DNA of 63,641 bases, counting the filler, from Folioceros fuciformis (taxonomy: Eukaryota): assembly GCA_049999805.1 (NCBI GenBank). It is 6 parts of 6 records of this genome, joined end to end, with 100 filler letters (N's around TTAATTAATTAA, not from the genome) between each part and the next. Parts side by side here need not be neighbours in the genome. Positions count along the whole stretch, not along the records: positions 10,491 to 31,675 come from JBNGIO010001388.1; 5 more parts are not named here. One strand, given 5' to 3'. Numbering within the stretch: position 1 is the stretch's first letter; each line of letters opens with the position of its first letter. Of this stretch, positions 12,040 through 24,959 are shown piece after piece. The position numbers were made by a program, and so were the translations under genes. Below the pieces are notes generated by a model, which searched no databases, was not told where the DNA came from, and was given only the letters and a program-made list of their open reading frames with translations.

Positions 12040-12429
12040 TTAGGGGGTTACACTCTTCTTCCTTGGTCCAAGAGGGCTAACAAAACTAGATTTTCGTCTT
12101 GTTTCAGATTTAAAGCTGGGTTTCCGCACTGTAAGGGCAGTCCCATCAGGTGCAATCTTTGCAAAAGCTACTAGTTTTCTTGTACCATCTGGCTTGCGTT
12201 CGTATACATAGTAATTAGCAAATTGGGCCAATCCTGTTTCAGAGCATATTTCTGTATGTTCTATCACTTCTTCAAACCCACCTCCAAGATAGGAGGGTCG
12301 AGTTATAGTTTTCTTCTGAGTGTGGCCATGGTGCCCATGAGGTTGGCCTACTATAGATGGTGTTCTCGATCTTCTTCTTGATTCTGAGGCCTTTCTTTTT
12401 GTTTCTGATGACCTCCTTCTTCCAGCCAT
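12040..12429 (-). CDS. Small basic orphan protein (129 aa), Arg/Lys/Ser-rich termini
   Basis: Clean ATG (GAAATGG context) to TAA ORF in AT-rich DNA: MAGRRRSSETKRKASESRRRSRTPS...YYVYERKPDGTRKLVAFAKIAPDG...RRKSSFVSPLGPRKKSVTP. No family recognised. Confidence 0.45.
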   Translation of the reverse strand: MAGRRRSSETKRKASESRRRSRTPSIVGQPHGHHGHTQKKTITRPSYLGGGFEEVIEHTEICSETGLAQFANYYVYERKPDGTRKLVAFAKIAPDGTALTVRKPSFKSETRRKSSFVSPLGPRKKSVTP

Positions 12430-12878
12430 TTCAAGATTACAAAGATACACAAAGCTAGATAGTTCATTCCATTTTATATTATCTTACTATAATAAACATC
12501 ATAATATAAAATCATAGTGAAAATATTCTTTGTTCTCTGTAAGGCTGAATAAAAAGAACAAGAACACAAACCAAACATGGCAAAAGTTATAAGGTTATCC
12601 ATCTTGTAAAGAGAGCAAATTAAGGCTTTTCATGTTCCCAATGTTTCCAGCTTCAACCTAATCTCAATCATTGTCTTGACATAGATTGATTCTTTATCTT
12701 TTGATAATAAATTACTATTATATATATATTATTCATTATTATTTTCTGAGCTAAAATGATAATTTATACAATCTAACATGAAAATTAAACAAAGAGTTTG
12801 CTGGTGAGTAGCATGATAACAACCTTTTCCTGATGTTCAAATTACATCCGAAACGAACTCTAATAAATTGGTCTCCCA

Positions 12879-12947
12879 CAACTATCTATGGATGAGAGCA
12901 GCAACTATCTATGGATGAGAGCAGCAACTATCTATGGATGAGAGCAG
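12879..12947. repeat. Perfect 23-bp tandem repeat x3
   Basis: CAACTATCTATGGATGAGAGCAG occurs three times. Confidence 0.9.
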
Positions 12948-14805
12948 ATTATCGCTGAATGGACTCCATTGGCTTGGCAAGCCAATGTTTACGCTCGTCC
13001 TTATTGCAAATGCTTGCGCTTGTCCTTGCCAAGATAATGCCTTCAGTACTTAGCTATGAAACACCCTTAAACAGAAAGTCCATAATGCTAAACTTACCGT
13101 TGCTCAGCAACGTGATTCGGCATGCACAATCGAGTGCTCACACGAGGACCTCTTCGTGGCACGCCTATTGCTCCACAGTGTCATTGTTCCACATTTGTGG
13201 TGCTTTCCAGCCTGTGGCTGGAGACAGCCCAAGAGGAACGTATATGCACATCCTTTTGAAAGGGTACAAGTTCTAGGGTCTGAGAGCCGAAAACTAACCA
13301 AGACCTAGGCAGTTAGAATGAAACCGACCAAGGACCAAAGTACTTAAATGAAAAATAGACTTGTTCAAACGACGTGGTTCAGTCATGTTAAAGTTGATTG
13401 ACAGATAGCTCAGTCACGCTCTCCGCTCCTTCCACACAGGCCAGGAGCATAGTGTATGGCTAAGGTAGTGTGGCAAAGTACAGAAACTTAAGGAACAAAC
13501 CACTCATGTGCGAGGAGGGACTTGCGTGCAAATACTTCACACACTGCGACACCGCATGCATACCTTGCAACAAGAAATAGGTCAACAGTGTCCAGGGACT
13601 GGAAACTTGAGCTGAGATGGGGGAACATGAACAACACAACTTCATCCGGCTCAGAAGGTGGCCCCTTCCTATCAGAAGGATGCTGCCTCTTTATAGCAGC
13701 GACATCGTCAGCAATCACCTTCACAACGACAGCCCGTGGCTTGGACTCAGTACTGTGAGACCAGAGGCAGCACATGCAAACACGTCAACAAACACTGAAT
13801 CTCACAAGGCCATACACAGCATCCCTTACTCCACACGCTCCCTGCTCAGGGCCTGGAAGTCTGGATCACATCCTTGGCACGGCCGCGCGCCGCTGGATCC
13901 AAGAAGCCCCCTCGAAGGCACTCAGGGAGCCTCGTCTAAATACACTTCACTACGCGTCAATCCTGCGACAGATCCACTCTTCTTCCGAGTACCCGATCCT
14001 TCGGAAACATGGAGGTAGAAGGTTCCGAGACAACGGCAGCTCGCAACGGCCAAGGCTTCCACATAACGCCATGATCACAGCCAAACTGTTGCGAAATGCC
14101 GCAGTCTCAGAAACGTCTCATCTCCAAGCACGCACCAGCTAGCCAACGTTCCCCGCCAGACCTGCTTTACATCTCCGCTGCCACAGTTTTCTAGTAGCTA
14201 GATAGCGGGAAGCCGAAGGCTGCACACAGTGGATGACGAATCCACGTTTAGGGCTCCTGCGTGCTCACGGCGCATATGACGTCGAGTGCGCTGGCGTGAA
14301 GCGCCTTTTTCCAAAGACGACCAGTCAGGGCAAAGGAACGTGTTACAACGAGGGATCCAGGACTTTCTGGGAAAAAGAACCCGTGACGCATGAAACTGGC
14401 GTTACACGAACCGGCGGGCTTAGTTGCCTTATGCCATGGTACCGTACCCCGAGTCGCACCAAATAGCGTACCTTGAGTGGTTATTCAATAGGGCTATGCC
14501 GGAATAATGATGAATAAAAACAAAAGGTTTAACATATATATTTCTATTTTTTAATTTTTATTATTTATAAATAATTTGATTCTGAGGTATTATGATGTCT
14601 TAAAAAAAGGAAATAATACTAAAGTATACTGGTCGCCAAGCAACAAGCATGTAAACATGTGAGTGTGGGCCTTAGTTGTTAGCAATGTGCTTCAGCACAC
14701 GGATCAACATCCCATAACAAGAATGCAAAGATGTTTTGGGATTGAGATCAATTTTTGTTCTAGCTACACATGCCAGAAAATTTATTGCTAATACCTACAT
14801 ACAAT

Positions 14806-15298
14806 GATGATAGTGATTTGTAGTGGCTAAAAGTAAGGGGAAGAAACATAGGATGATAGTGATCTATAGTGAATGAGACAAAGGGGAAGAAACATAGGAT
14901 GACCTCGATCTACATGGCTAAAAGTAAAGGGAAGAAACATAGGATGATAGTGATTTATAGTGAATGAGACAAAGGGGAAGAAACATAGGATGATCTCGAT
15001 CTATAGTGAAAAAGAAACAGGGGAGGAAGAATAGGATGTGTAGCAAATAAGAGAAAGGAGAAGAAACGGAGGATGATTGTGGTATGTAGCGAATACGAGA
15101 AAGAAGAAGAAACATAGGATGATTGTGATTTGTACGAGAAAGAAGAAGAAACATAGGATGATTGTGATCTGGAGCGAAAAAGAGAAAGGAGAAGAGACAT
15201 AGGAGGATCGTGATATGTAGTGAATGAGGGAAAGGGGAAGAAACATAAGATGATCGTGTTCTGTAGTGAATAAGAGAAAGGGGAAGGAACATAAGATA
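14806..15298. repeat. Degenerate ~46-bp purine-rich minisatellite upstream of FANCM
   Basis: Unit GATGATAGTGATCTATAGTGAATGAGACAAAGGGGAAGAAACATAG, about 10 copies. It accounts for the spurious ORFs at 14918-15368. Confidence 0.85.
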
Positions 15299-15902
15299 AA
15301 GGGGAATTCTTGGACCTGAGCATAATTGTCTTAACTCGAGCGTTTGCGTGCTTTGCACGCAAACTCAAAGGGTAGAGGCTGAGCCATTGAAGTCCTTTGG
15401 TGCGAAACCAAATACTGTAGGTCTAATTTCAATCTCCGGGGAACTGGAAATCCCAGTGTCCTGAACCTTGTCTAAGATGACGAGACGCCCTGCAAGATCC
15501 TCGTCCCTGAAGACACCCCCAGGATAATCAGGCCCCATGGACATATGTCTCACGATACCTCAAACAATGATCAGGAGACTGCATGCTTTCGAGACTGAAA
15601 CTAGCAGCTGGGCTGAGCGGGATGGTGGAGGGTGGTCCGACATTGCAGCCTTGTGCTTGGGCTGCCGGAGGCTGAATTGGATCGAAAACGGAACCCTGAG
15701 GACGAATGCTGTGCTGGAAAATCACTGCCCAACAGTAGGAGCAACAAGATGCTGCTGTAATGCGACGCTGAGATGGTGCTCGTGGGCGCCTTCGCCTGGA
15801 CCGGGAGGTGGCCAGCTTATGGTTCGAGGATGTTCTGCTGTTCTTCCAGAAGCGCGTCCCCGCTACTGAAGCGTTTCGGGCCTGGGATGAGGGCTGTACG
15901 TC

Positions 15903-18900
15903 ATGGCAGCTAATTTCGAGGACGATGATGTGAGCGCAGACAGCAGCAGGAGCATGTTGTTGGGTGTTCGGCAGTGCCTTTTGTTTTGCTGATGTGAGGC
16001 CGTTTATCAGGATTTCGATTGGGAGGCAGCTGTTGCGGAGATTGACGAAGCATGCAGGAGAGCTGGCAGAGCTAGTGCGTCAACGTCCTTGCCAGGGCCC
16101 AGCTCAGATAATCATGACCGCCCATGTCCGAGGTCCTCACAGGTCTCGCTGTCTCAAAATTCCTTTCGGCAGAGAACGTTGGATGGTTACCTTCGTCCTC
16201 AAGTCAGGCAAGCTACTCCACCGGCTTGCCACAATCTGGGAATTGCGGAAGAGCAGGACAGCGGCATTGACCCCGTGGCTGCCGCGACATGGGTCTATCC
16301 AGGTCAGGCGTGGCCTGAAATTCTGGGAACAGGCTGGATGATGCTGCTTACATTTTTCTGACGATGGTGACTTATTGGGCAAATCAGGGAATGTCACCAA
16401 GCGGGAGTATCAGTTTAACATATCACAGGCAGCGCTCTTTTCCAATACGATTGTCTCCCTGCCTACCGGACTCGGGAAAACTCTGATAGCAGCTGTAGTG
16501 ATGTATAATTTTTTTCGATGGTTTCCCAAAGGTGAGTCGGGTATCATGAATTAGTCTTTCTCGTAACCTGGAATTCGTTGCTGACTCTACGCTCGGTCTG
16601 CAGGCAAGATCATCTTTACAGCACCCTCAAGGCCACTAGTTTCTCAGCAGATTGAAGCTTGTCACAACATCATGGGCATTCCTCAGGTTTGGTGATCCTC
16701 TCCCAAATATGCAGCTACTTGTTCTGCCTTTCTTGAATCTGCACAATCTGCGGGATCAGGATCTGATAAGGTTTGGTATTTGTGGCAGGCCGTGACAATT
16801 GAAATGACAGGGCACATGACTCCTCAGCATAGAGCTGAATTTTGGCAGACTAAGAGGGTCTTCTTTGTGACACCACAAGTTCTGGAGAAGGATATACAGT
16901 CTGGTAGGTAAATCTGTTATTCGACAAATGACCCCTATCCTTTCATCAGAAACATGGCAGTCCGGACTTTAGTCATCCATTGAGGAGTCCTCCGGAAAGA
17001 TATTGCCTAACAACTCACCGAGAATGAGATCAGAGAAATGTGAACTGTGGTCCGTTGAAGATGTGGTTTTCATGTTATGACTCTCTGGTGCTTTTGTGTT
17101 GAAGGAACTTGCCCTAAGAAACTCATAGTATGCCTTGTGGTGGATGAGGCACATCGTGCCACTGGAAACTACTCCTACTGCGTTGTTGTCCGGGAGGTAC
17201 ATCTGCACATTCATTTTATCTAGCTTCTCTCGTCACATAAGTGTAAATGTATGTGTTAACTAACTTCATTCCCACAAACGGTTCAGCTGAAAGCAGCGGA
17301 TGTGAAGCTGCGCATCCTAGCATTGACTGCAACACCTGGCTGTAAGTTGCTCTTCCAGAATGGATTACTTACGACCTTGGGAACAAGTTTACGGTCTGTC
17401 AGGACTTTAATTCAGTTTGGCCGCTCTAGACTCATGTTATGGATTGGAATTGCAGCAAATCAAGCATCAATCCAAGCTGTGGTTGACAATCTTCAGATCT
17501 CGTGCTTAGAACATAGATCTGACAATGATGCTGATGTTCGCCAGTATATTCACGATCGAAAGGTTGAGGTTATGCAGGTAACACAAGTTCAAGAAGTCAA
17601 AGTCTTCTTTACAATGTGCACATTCAGTTCTCTGATTTCCTTGACTTATCAGGTTGCACTGAGCAGGGAAGGCAACCGAGTGAAGGACCTTTTGTTGCAA
17701 CTCATGCTGCCAGTTGTGAAGAAACTTACAGCGTTTGGAGTCTTTTTCACTAGAGACTATTCAATGGTGATAACAAACATAATAAATGATCAAACACCTT
17801 GAGTGATGAGAGATGTTCATTGTCCGTCATTTAACTTTTTCTCGTTCACAGAACTCGTCCTTTGACTTCCACACTGCAAGAAAAAAATATAGAGAGTCTC
17901 CTCCAACAACAGGTGCTGCAGCCAGGAAAGAAGTGGAGAATTCTTTTGCGATAGCTGTTACTCTTTACGCCATCTATAAGCTGTTCCATTGTCATGGCAT
18001 TACGTGTGCTTTAGAAATGCTTGAGCGAAAGCTGCATGAGCCTGGGTAAGGTCTTCCCGCTGCAGCCTATTTGTAACTTGCATTGACATGAACTAATTGG
18101 TAATGGGGACAGTTGGCTGGCTTGTTTTACTACGTGCTGGAATGCAGTATTTCACGAGTTTCCTGTTGTTTAGATTGAAAAGAAGGCATGCTTGCCTATG
18201 TTCTACGTTCCTGTTGTTTGCTGTAGAATATTCAGCCGACTTATGCCAAGAAATCAGACTCTTGAGGTTAAGCGGATAATGCAAGATAGTGTCCGCCATG
18301 GAGCTCCCAGTCCTAAGCTGAACAAGTTGGAGGAAATACTGCAGGACCATTTCCGTAACGTCCAATCCCTGCAACATTCTAGTCTTTCCTTTCTGTTGGC
18401 ATTGGACGTGTTTCTAGACATTGCTGACACAAAGACTGCGTTCATGGCCATTGGCTGCCCCTTTCCAGGTGTCCACAATCCACGAGAAACAAGGGCTATC
18501 ATTTTTACGAGCTTCCGGGACAGCGTGAAGTATGTCTCAAAGCCATTCTATCATTTTTCCTCTTCATGTAACAGTCAAGTCCGTTGTTCCTCCACACACC
18601 AGCGAAGTGCTTGTGAACAGAGATATTATGAACGCGTTGACAAAGCTGGATGGTGATGTGAAGGCAATGGAGTTTGTTGGGCAAAGTTCCGGTGTGTGGG
18701 ACTTGTATGGACGTTTATCTGATGTGATTTGATTTTATATCCAATAAGTATTGAAACAAATCCAACTCCTACTGGATATGCACTCTCTTGCAGGAAAGAC
18801 ACAAAAGGGACAGAGTCAAAAAGTGCAGCAAGCAGTTTTGCAGGTCCTTCGATCTTTGATTTTGAATTGTCTTGCTGCCTTCTTTTGATGTGTCTAGTGC

Positions 18901-21900
18901 CTCCTCCCATCTGGGAACCATCCCGCATTGTTGCATCTTTTGATGTCAATTGCAATGAAGTCTTGAAGTAGCTTATATTCCATGGTGTCACATGTGGTTG
19001 TGATTAGTCACCCACAAACATCTGCCAATAACACACCTATCCATCTACAGAAATTTCGAGCTGGTGGCTACAATACCTTAGTTGCGACAAGCATTGCCGA
19101 AGAGGGCCTAGATATCATGGAGGTCGATCTTGTTGTATGCTTTGATGCAAATGTTTCTCCCCTTAGAATGATTCAGCGAATGGGAAGGACAGGAAGAAAG
19201 CGTGATGGCCGTGTGGATATCCTTGAATCTAAGTAGCACGTGCTATTTTCATTATCTTTTGGAACAGCGTCACACGTGTGTAAGTATATCCTTGACATCC
19301 ACGTTACTTGTTCTGGCAAGCGAGGGAGCAGAAATGCAGAGCTATCAGAGCAAGCTGGCAAAGAACAAGGCCCTTACAAAGCACATGCATAATGGAGGAT
19401 TGCAGAGCTTCAACTTCCACCTAAGCCCTCGAATGGTAGCTTTTGTTGCTTTTTAGTACGGTGTAGAGCTAGCCAAGAGAGATTCACAATCTATTTGCTA
19501 CGGTCGTTGTATCTGACTCCGTGCACATCTGCAGGTACCTCACAAATACAAACCACAGGTGCAGGTAATTGAGATGTTCATTGAGAAGTTTGTGCCCCGG
19601 GGTTATAAGCAGAAGGCTAGTGCAGAAATCGAAGATCCAGAAGCAGACTTCACTGCAGAAGAATGTGCAGTGTTACAGAAATATAGCAGCTCCTCGGTGG
19701 CCAATATGTGGAATCCATCCTTGATCGCATTTCCCAGGTTTCAGCTTGTGCCAACTCCCATCTATCGGGTCAAGCATTCCTTCCGAACCACTTCAATGCT
19801 GATCGGAACTTTACAAAGTCTAGAGTCGTCATCCCAGCAATCCTTGCACAGAGAAAAAAGTAGAGACTCCAGCCCAATTGCATTGGAGGTATGATACCTG
19901 CTGTTACAAGATGCCTGGAAGGTTCGAGGAACTGATCAAGGAGAGTCTGCTTGATTCTGTGTACCTGATTCTTACGCAAACCTCTAAGCCCACAGAAAGG
20001 GCATTTGGGCTTGTATCTAGTGCTTGGCTGAGTTGAATTGGATCTGCTCCCTGTAGATTGAAGAATTGAACCGGGACAAGGATGCAACTTCATGGACTGA
20101 AGGTATGTCGACGGAATCACGTAGACTCGTGCTCTGCAAATTGTTGCTAGCTAGGACCTGTTTGCCGATAAGAGTTTGCTATCATGCAGATGGGAACATG
20201 GGGAGACATTGGTCGCTGGAAGACGAACAGTGTGAGCCTGTCTTGTTCATGACGCCACAAGTTCTGGAGAATCCAGTTCGTGAAGTTCCAGAATTTGTGG
20301 ATCCATCACTGGTCTCTGGTGAAGTGAATCGAGGTGGGCTTCCATGGAGCGGGAAAGAATCTCCCGTCCTTGTGAACTGTCATCCTAGCAAGAGTGAAAG
20401 GCCTCCTCCGACCGTAGGGCAAGAGGACAACACTCAAGGTATGGATCGTGTCAGTCACGGTCTTGTGATTGTGGAGAACAAAGGGCATTTCATGGCTAGT
20501 GTTATGCCCCTTACTTTGGTGTTGTCTTCACTGATTGCAGCCCACATGAATTCTTCCTTGGAGACAAGGGCAAACCCAGATGATGTAAAATTGCAATCTG
20601 AGCGTATGGTGGATGACAAACTGGCCAATGAGCCGTATCTTCACAAGTGTCTGTTTAGCAAAGGACTGGTGTCAGTTTCACCAACAGGGAGTATTGCCAT
20701 TACATCTCCTCCAACGCTAAGAGACAAGGCTTCTGACAACTATCTGGGTAAAATAGAGGATTATACCTTCAGGGTGTGGCCCTTCAACTCGGTTGTGATT
20801 AATCAGAGGGTATCATCTGATATAGACCAGTCCAGCAAAACAGATGGTGCTATCAAAATTGTCAATACTGTATCCACTTCTGAGAGAATTGGGGATGGGG
20901 ATTCCATTCCGAGATCCCCAGGAGGCCACCTGATGACAGCCTTACCCGTCACAGGGTCCGAGCAGGCTCTGTGCCCTAGATCCGGCAAGATGGGACTCGA
21001 CAGCGATTGCAAGGTAAACGACTTCGACATTATTGTTCCTAGCTCTATTCGGAAGACCGCAGTGGTTCATGTAGAACAGGGTGTTCGGGAACTGGATCAG
21101 AATGTAAAGAGTTTTCAGCACCGGAATGATGTCTCCTCTGCTGTTGTCACTTACGACGATGTGCACTTTGTGCCAGCTTCCATATCTCCAAAGCAGACAG
21201 GGGGCACCAGGACATCACTTGCGGGTTCTAGTTACATGGGTGCAAAGGCACCCGCTGCAAGGTTTTGTCAGGATATGTGTGTGGAAAGTTCACACACACC
21301 GGTGCGATCAGCACCGTTGAATGCCTTCCCAAATGACTTGAGCCCGCGGTTGACTAATCTTGCGGAGCAAGGCATGGTTCCGGTGTCACCCTTGCCGGAG
21401 ACCCCTTTCATGCAGAAGGTTGTCACAGGTTGGAACAAGTATCTACATCAGGATGTTCCCAAGGAGGAGGCTTGGGATTCAGGTCAGGAGTTGCAAGTGC
21501 TGTGCTCCCGAATGACTAGTTCTGGAACAAGTCGAGGTCTGCCACCCTCGGGTCCCTTTATTTGTAGGGGAAGGCCACCATTACGGTCACCAGTTCAGCA
21601 AGTTGAGGCCGGGGACACTTCCCCGATTCAGCCCAAAAGCCTCCAATTTAATCAGGCAAGTCCTGCTCCTCGTGCCGGCGCTGAGTTCCAGAAGTCTCCA
21701 CTGTGCACGGGCACAACAGGTTCTATCCAGACTGCAGGAGGGACAAAGAAGTCTTCAAATGTGCCACAGGCTAATCCCAGCGACGAAGGGCTGGAAGTCC
21801 CCACGTCAGTGGCAATGTCTGTCCAGAGGCCAAGAAAGTTTAAGCGCCTGAGAAAGGTTCGACAATTGCCCAGTCCCGAACGAGCAGAGGCGGGCATTGG

Positions 21901-23177
21901 CACGTTGTCCATCCAAGAAGAAGCAGGTCGGCGAAGGGATCGCACCACCGTAGGTGTGTCCAGACGAGGTGAGCCTACTGCACCTTCGGCCCTTGTCTGT
22001 GACGGATTGTTAGAGCTTCTGATTTAGTAAGTGAAAGCATGCTTCCAGTTGATCAGCCGTCATGACATCCCAGCGGTGGCTTGCAGGGGAGGACAGATCC
22101 AAGGGTAAAACTGTTGTGCGGCCATTTGTTGACGATGAAGCAGAGTACGCCCAGTTGGAACCTTGAATGTGAAAGTATCGCAATGCAGTAGTGATTGTGG
22201 TGGTCAGCGTGGTTATCAAGTTTTAGAGGCTTGCAACTTTGCAACTTTGTATTGCTTGTGATCTGAAAATTGGGGAGTCGTTTTCCGTATCCGTCGCAGA
22301 ATTTCTTCCGGTGATGCATACTCTTCCGATGAAGAGGATGCCACCGAAGACGGGGAAGACCTCACGGACTTCATCGACGATGGAACTAACCCAAGCTCGG
22401 CAACTCAGAACCCACCCATTGCATCGGTGGACATGATGGCGGTGTACAGGTTTTCACTCTCCTCTCCACCTTCAACTCGTCCATGCCATTCGAACATTTT
22501 GCGTTCATGAAGTTCCGATCTTCATGATAGAAGACGCTGACGTTGGTTCTGTGAACAGGCAATCATTGTTCACTCCATCACCAGCACACGGTGGGGGTGT
22601 GGCCTCGTGGATGCGCTTTGCTCAGAGCGGTCACACTCCAAGCAGCGATGGGACTGTAGCGTCGGGAAGCTCTTTGGAGACCGGGAGCTGTCTGGCCCAT
22701 ACAGCTACAGACTGGACAAAGGTCACGGCCGATTCTGCTCAGAAGTCCAATCCGCCGGATACAGTCATAGAGACTCCCACGTTCAACGCCATCTCCATGG
22801 CCAAGGTTCCCCCTTCAGTTGGGAGCACCTACAGCAGCAAGCAAATGGCTCTGGCCCAGGCCTACGCCGATGCCGTTCCCAGTCTCTTGCTGGAAGGCCC
22901 TGGAGACGGGACTAAGGGCAAGCTGGAAATACGAAAGCGGAAGCTGAGCTTCCAGCCAGACCCGTCTCAACGAGAGTCTCCCGTTGGTGTGAAGCAGAGC
23001 GGGCAAACGCAGCAGCAGGTTCAGATTGCTTACCTGGAGGACGATGACTTTTTCGACGGCCTCGATCTGGATGCTCTGGAGGCAGAAGCAGTGCAGCAGT
23101 CGAGAGCCCGCCAAGCCACCCAGCAGCAGCAGGAGGCTGCACTCCCCAAGCAGCCCAATCTAGACCGCCATCCCTGA
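15903..23177 (+). CDS. FANCM: FANCM DEAH-box helicase/translocase, multi-exon
   Basis: Spliced translation: [21 protein letters not shown]...[12 protein letters not shown]|...[57 protein letters not shown]|...[15 protein letters not shown]|...ILALTATPG|...[11 protein letters not shown]|...FTSFRDSV|...[20 protein letters not shown]|...[21 protein letters not shown]...[14 protein letters not shown] long low-complexity C-terminal part ends at TGA 23177. Exact C-terminal exon boundaries are less certain. Confidence 0.93.
19217..19307 (+). other. U12-type (minor spliceosome) AT-AC intron in FANCM
   Basis: 5' end ATATCCTT, branch site TCCTTGAC at 19289-19296, 3' end TAC 12 nt after the branch A. 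Removal restores ...[18 protein letters not shown]. Confidence 0.85.
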
Positions 23178-23501
23178 CCCGCCTCCTCCTTGTAAATTCC
23201 GGAGTGAGAGAAATTTAAGGTTATGAATCGAATAATCAAAATCACAACCTCGCAAGCTTGCACGACAGTTGAATGTTGCACAAGCAGAGTCCAGGTCCAT
23301 GCCTGGATTCGGACAAGGACGACACACATATGGTGCCTGTAGCTAGAGTTGCTACTGGTACTGTTACAGTAACGTAAGCATGCATGGCCCCGCTGGGACG
23401 AGCCGGTTCCCGGATTCACAGCCTGCCTCGACATGGGCAGACGGGAATGTAATCGTGCAACTGGAGTCGCACGCCCGCGACGACGGTTACGAGCCGCCTC
23501 A

Positions 23502-23789
23502 TTACCTCCGCTTGCACAGATAGGTGACGAGCAACCATAGCAGGAAGAGCATGAGCATGATGAGCAAGAGAACCGCACACACGATCGCCCCGGGAAGCCC
23601 GCTATCCTCCGCCCCGCAGGTGATGTGGTAAGGCGTGTGCTCCCCCACCTCCAGCAAGGCGCAGCACCGAGCGCAGCATCGCCCCCGCTCCCTCTCGATC
23701 TTGTCGTGGGCGGCGATCTTCTCCCTGGGTATCGGAGGCATCGCTATCACCACCCCAGGAGCTGAGTCGGGCAAGACGACGACCGCCAT
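23502..23789 (-). CDS. Small putative membrane protein (95 aa), Cys cluster plus C-terminal TM helix
   Basis: ATG start, GC-rich codon-like sequence, RCCARCC motif, hydrophobic AIVCAVLLLIMLMLFLLWLLVTYLC followed by KRR*. Convergent with FANCM. No family recognised. Confidence 0.4.
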   Translation of the reverse strand: MAVVVLPDSAPGVVIAMPPIPREKIAAHDKIERERGRCCARCCALLEVGEHTPYHITCGAEDSGLPGAIVCAVLLLIMLMLFLLWLLVTYLCKRR

Positions 23790-24959
23790 GGATGCGCTCC
23801 CTCGCTCCCGGCTCCACCCCCGCAGGAACTCAGCTGCGAGAAGTGACGACGACCCGGTGTACCGAGCTGGGCAGCGGAATTACGAGCGCGCCATGAGATA
23901 CCGAGCTCCCTCCAGCCTCCGTTCCTCTGGAGCTGGAAATGCGCAGGCAGGCCGATTTTGGGTCGACTGGCTGCAAGGCTGCAGCTGTAGGCGAGCTCGC
24001 GCCTCTCGTGTCGTTGAGGCCCTGCGAGACGATCAGAGCGTGAGATGGATCGATCACTGCGGCAGTCAGGCTGATGATCCCGAATGTGAGCCCGAGCGTG
24101 ATCTCGTAGACGCGGGGAAAGACGACAGAAAGAGATGCGTCCCATCTTTCGGGAGCCCGACGGCCGATGCTCGCAACGCTTAGGAGCGCCCCACGCTCCG
24201 GAAAGATGGTCTTCACGCCGGCGGAAACGTCCAGGCCTAGTACTAACCGCTCACGATCCACATGGCAGCACCATGGGGCTGGGCCCGTGGCATCGGCATC
24301 GGCATGGGCATGGGCATGAGTTACAAACTTTGCAAGCCTTGCTTGCGCCTCTTTTATTCCATTCATCACGCCTCACCTGACTAGCGGATGGGGAATCAGG
24401 CAGGCCCGCGGAGCCCGGACGCACCATTCGTTGTGAGTTTGAATGAATGTGAAATATGGCACGCTGGACTAACAACTCTATAAGGGAACTCTATTCCAAC
24501 AGGACTTCTTATTGGCTTTTAATTAACTATGTACTAACTAACAGACTTTCGAGGTACGTTATTGGGCCTGAGGAACATTCAGAACACTTCAATTAACTCC
24601 TTTCCATAGCAAGAATATTTAGACCACTTTAACTCCTTTCCGTTCCATAGCAAGAAAGGGAAAAAGGAAGAGATTCATGGTTTTCGGCATAAACTACCAA
24701 ACCAAGTCGAAGAGAAAGCTTTGTATTATCATTAAATATTTATTTTATATTATTATTAAATAATTTAAATTTCTCCAAATAAATTTCTTCATCTAAGTTT
24801 CCTTCCATCTAAAAAAGAATAGTATTATTCTCTATCATTGAAAAAAAAGATATAGAAAGTCCCATCTACTCCAAAGGGCCAAAAGCCAAAAGGTGTACTA
24901 GCCCTTTCGAACCCTTTGAACATCATTCTCAAAACTACCTACTATTGCCAAAATGTCGT

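Noticed and set aside
12959-14142. Possible small multi-exon gene on the minus strand
   Set aside because: I could not build a consistent spliced frame or recognise a domain.
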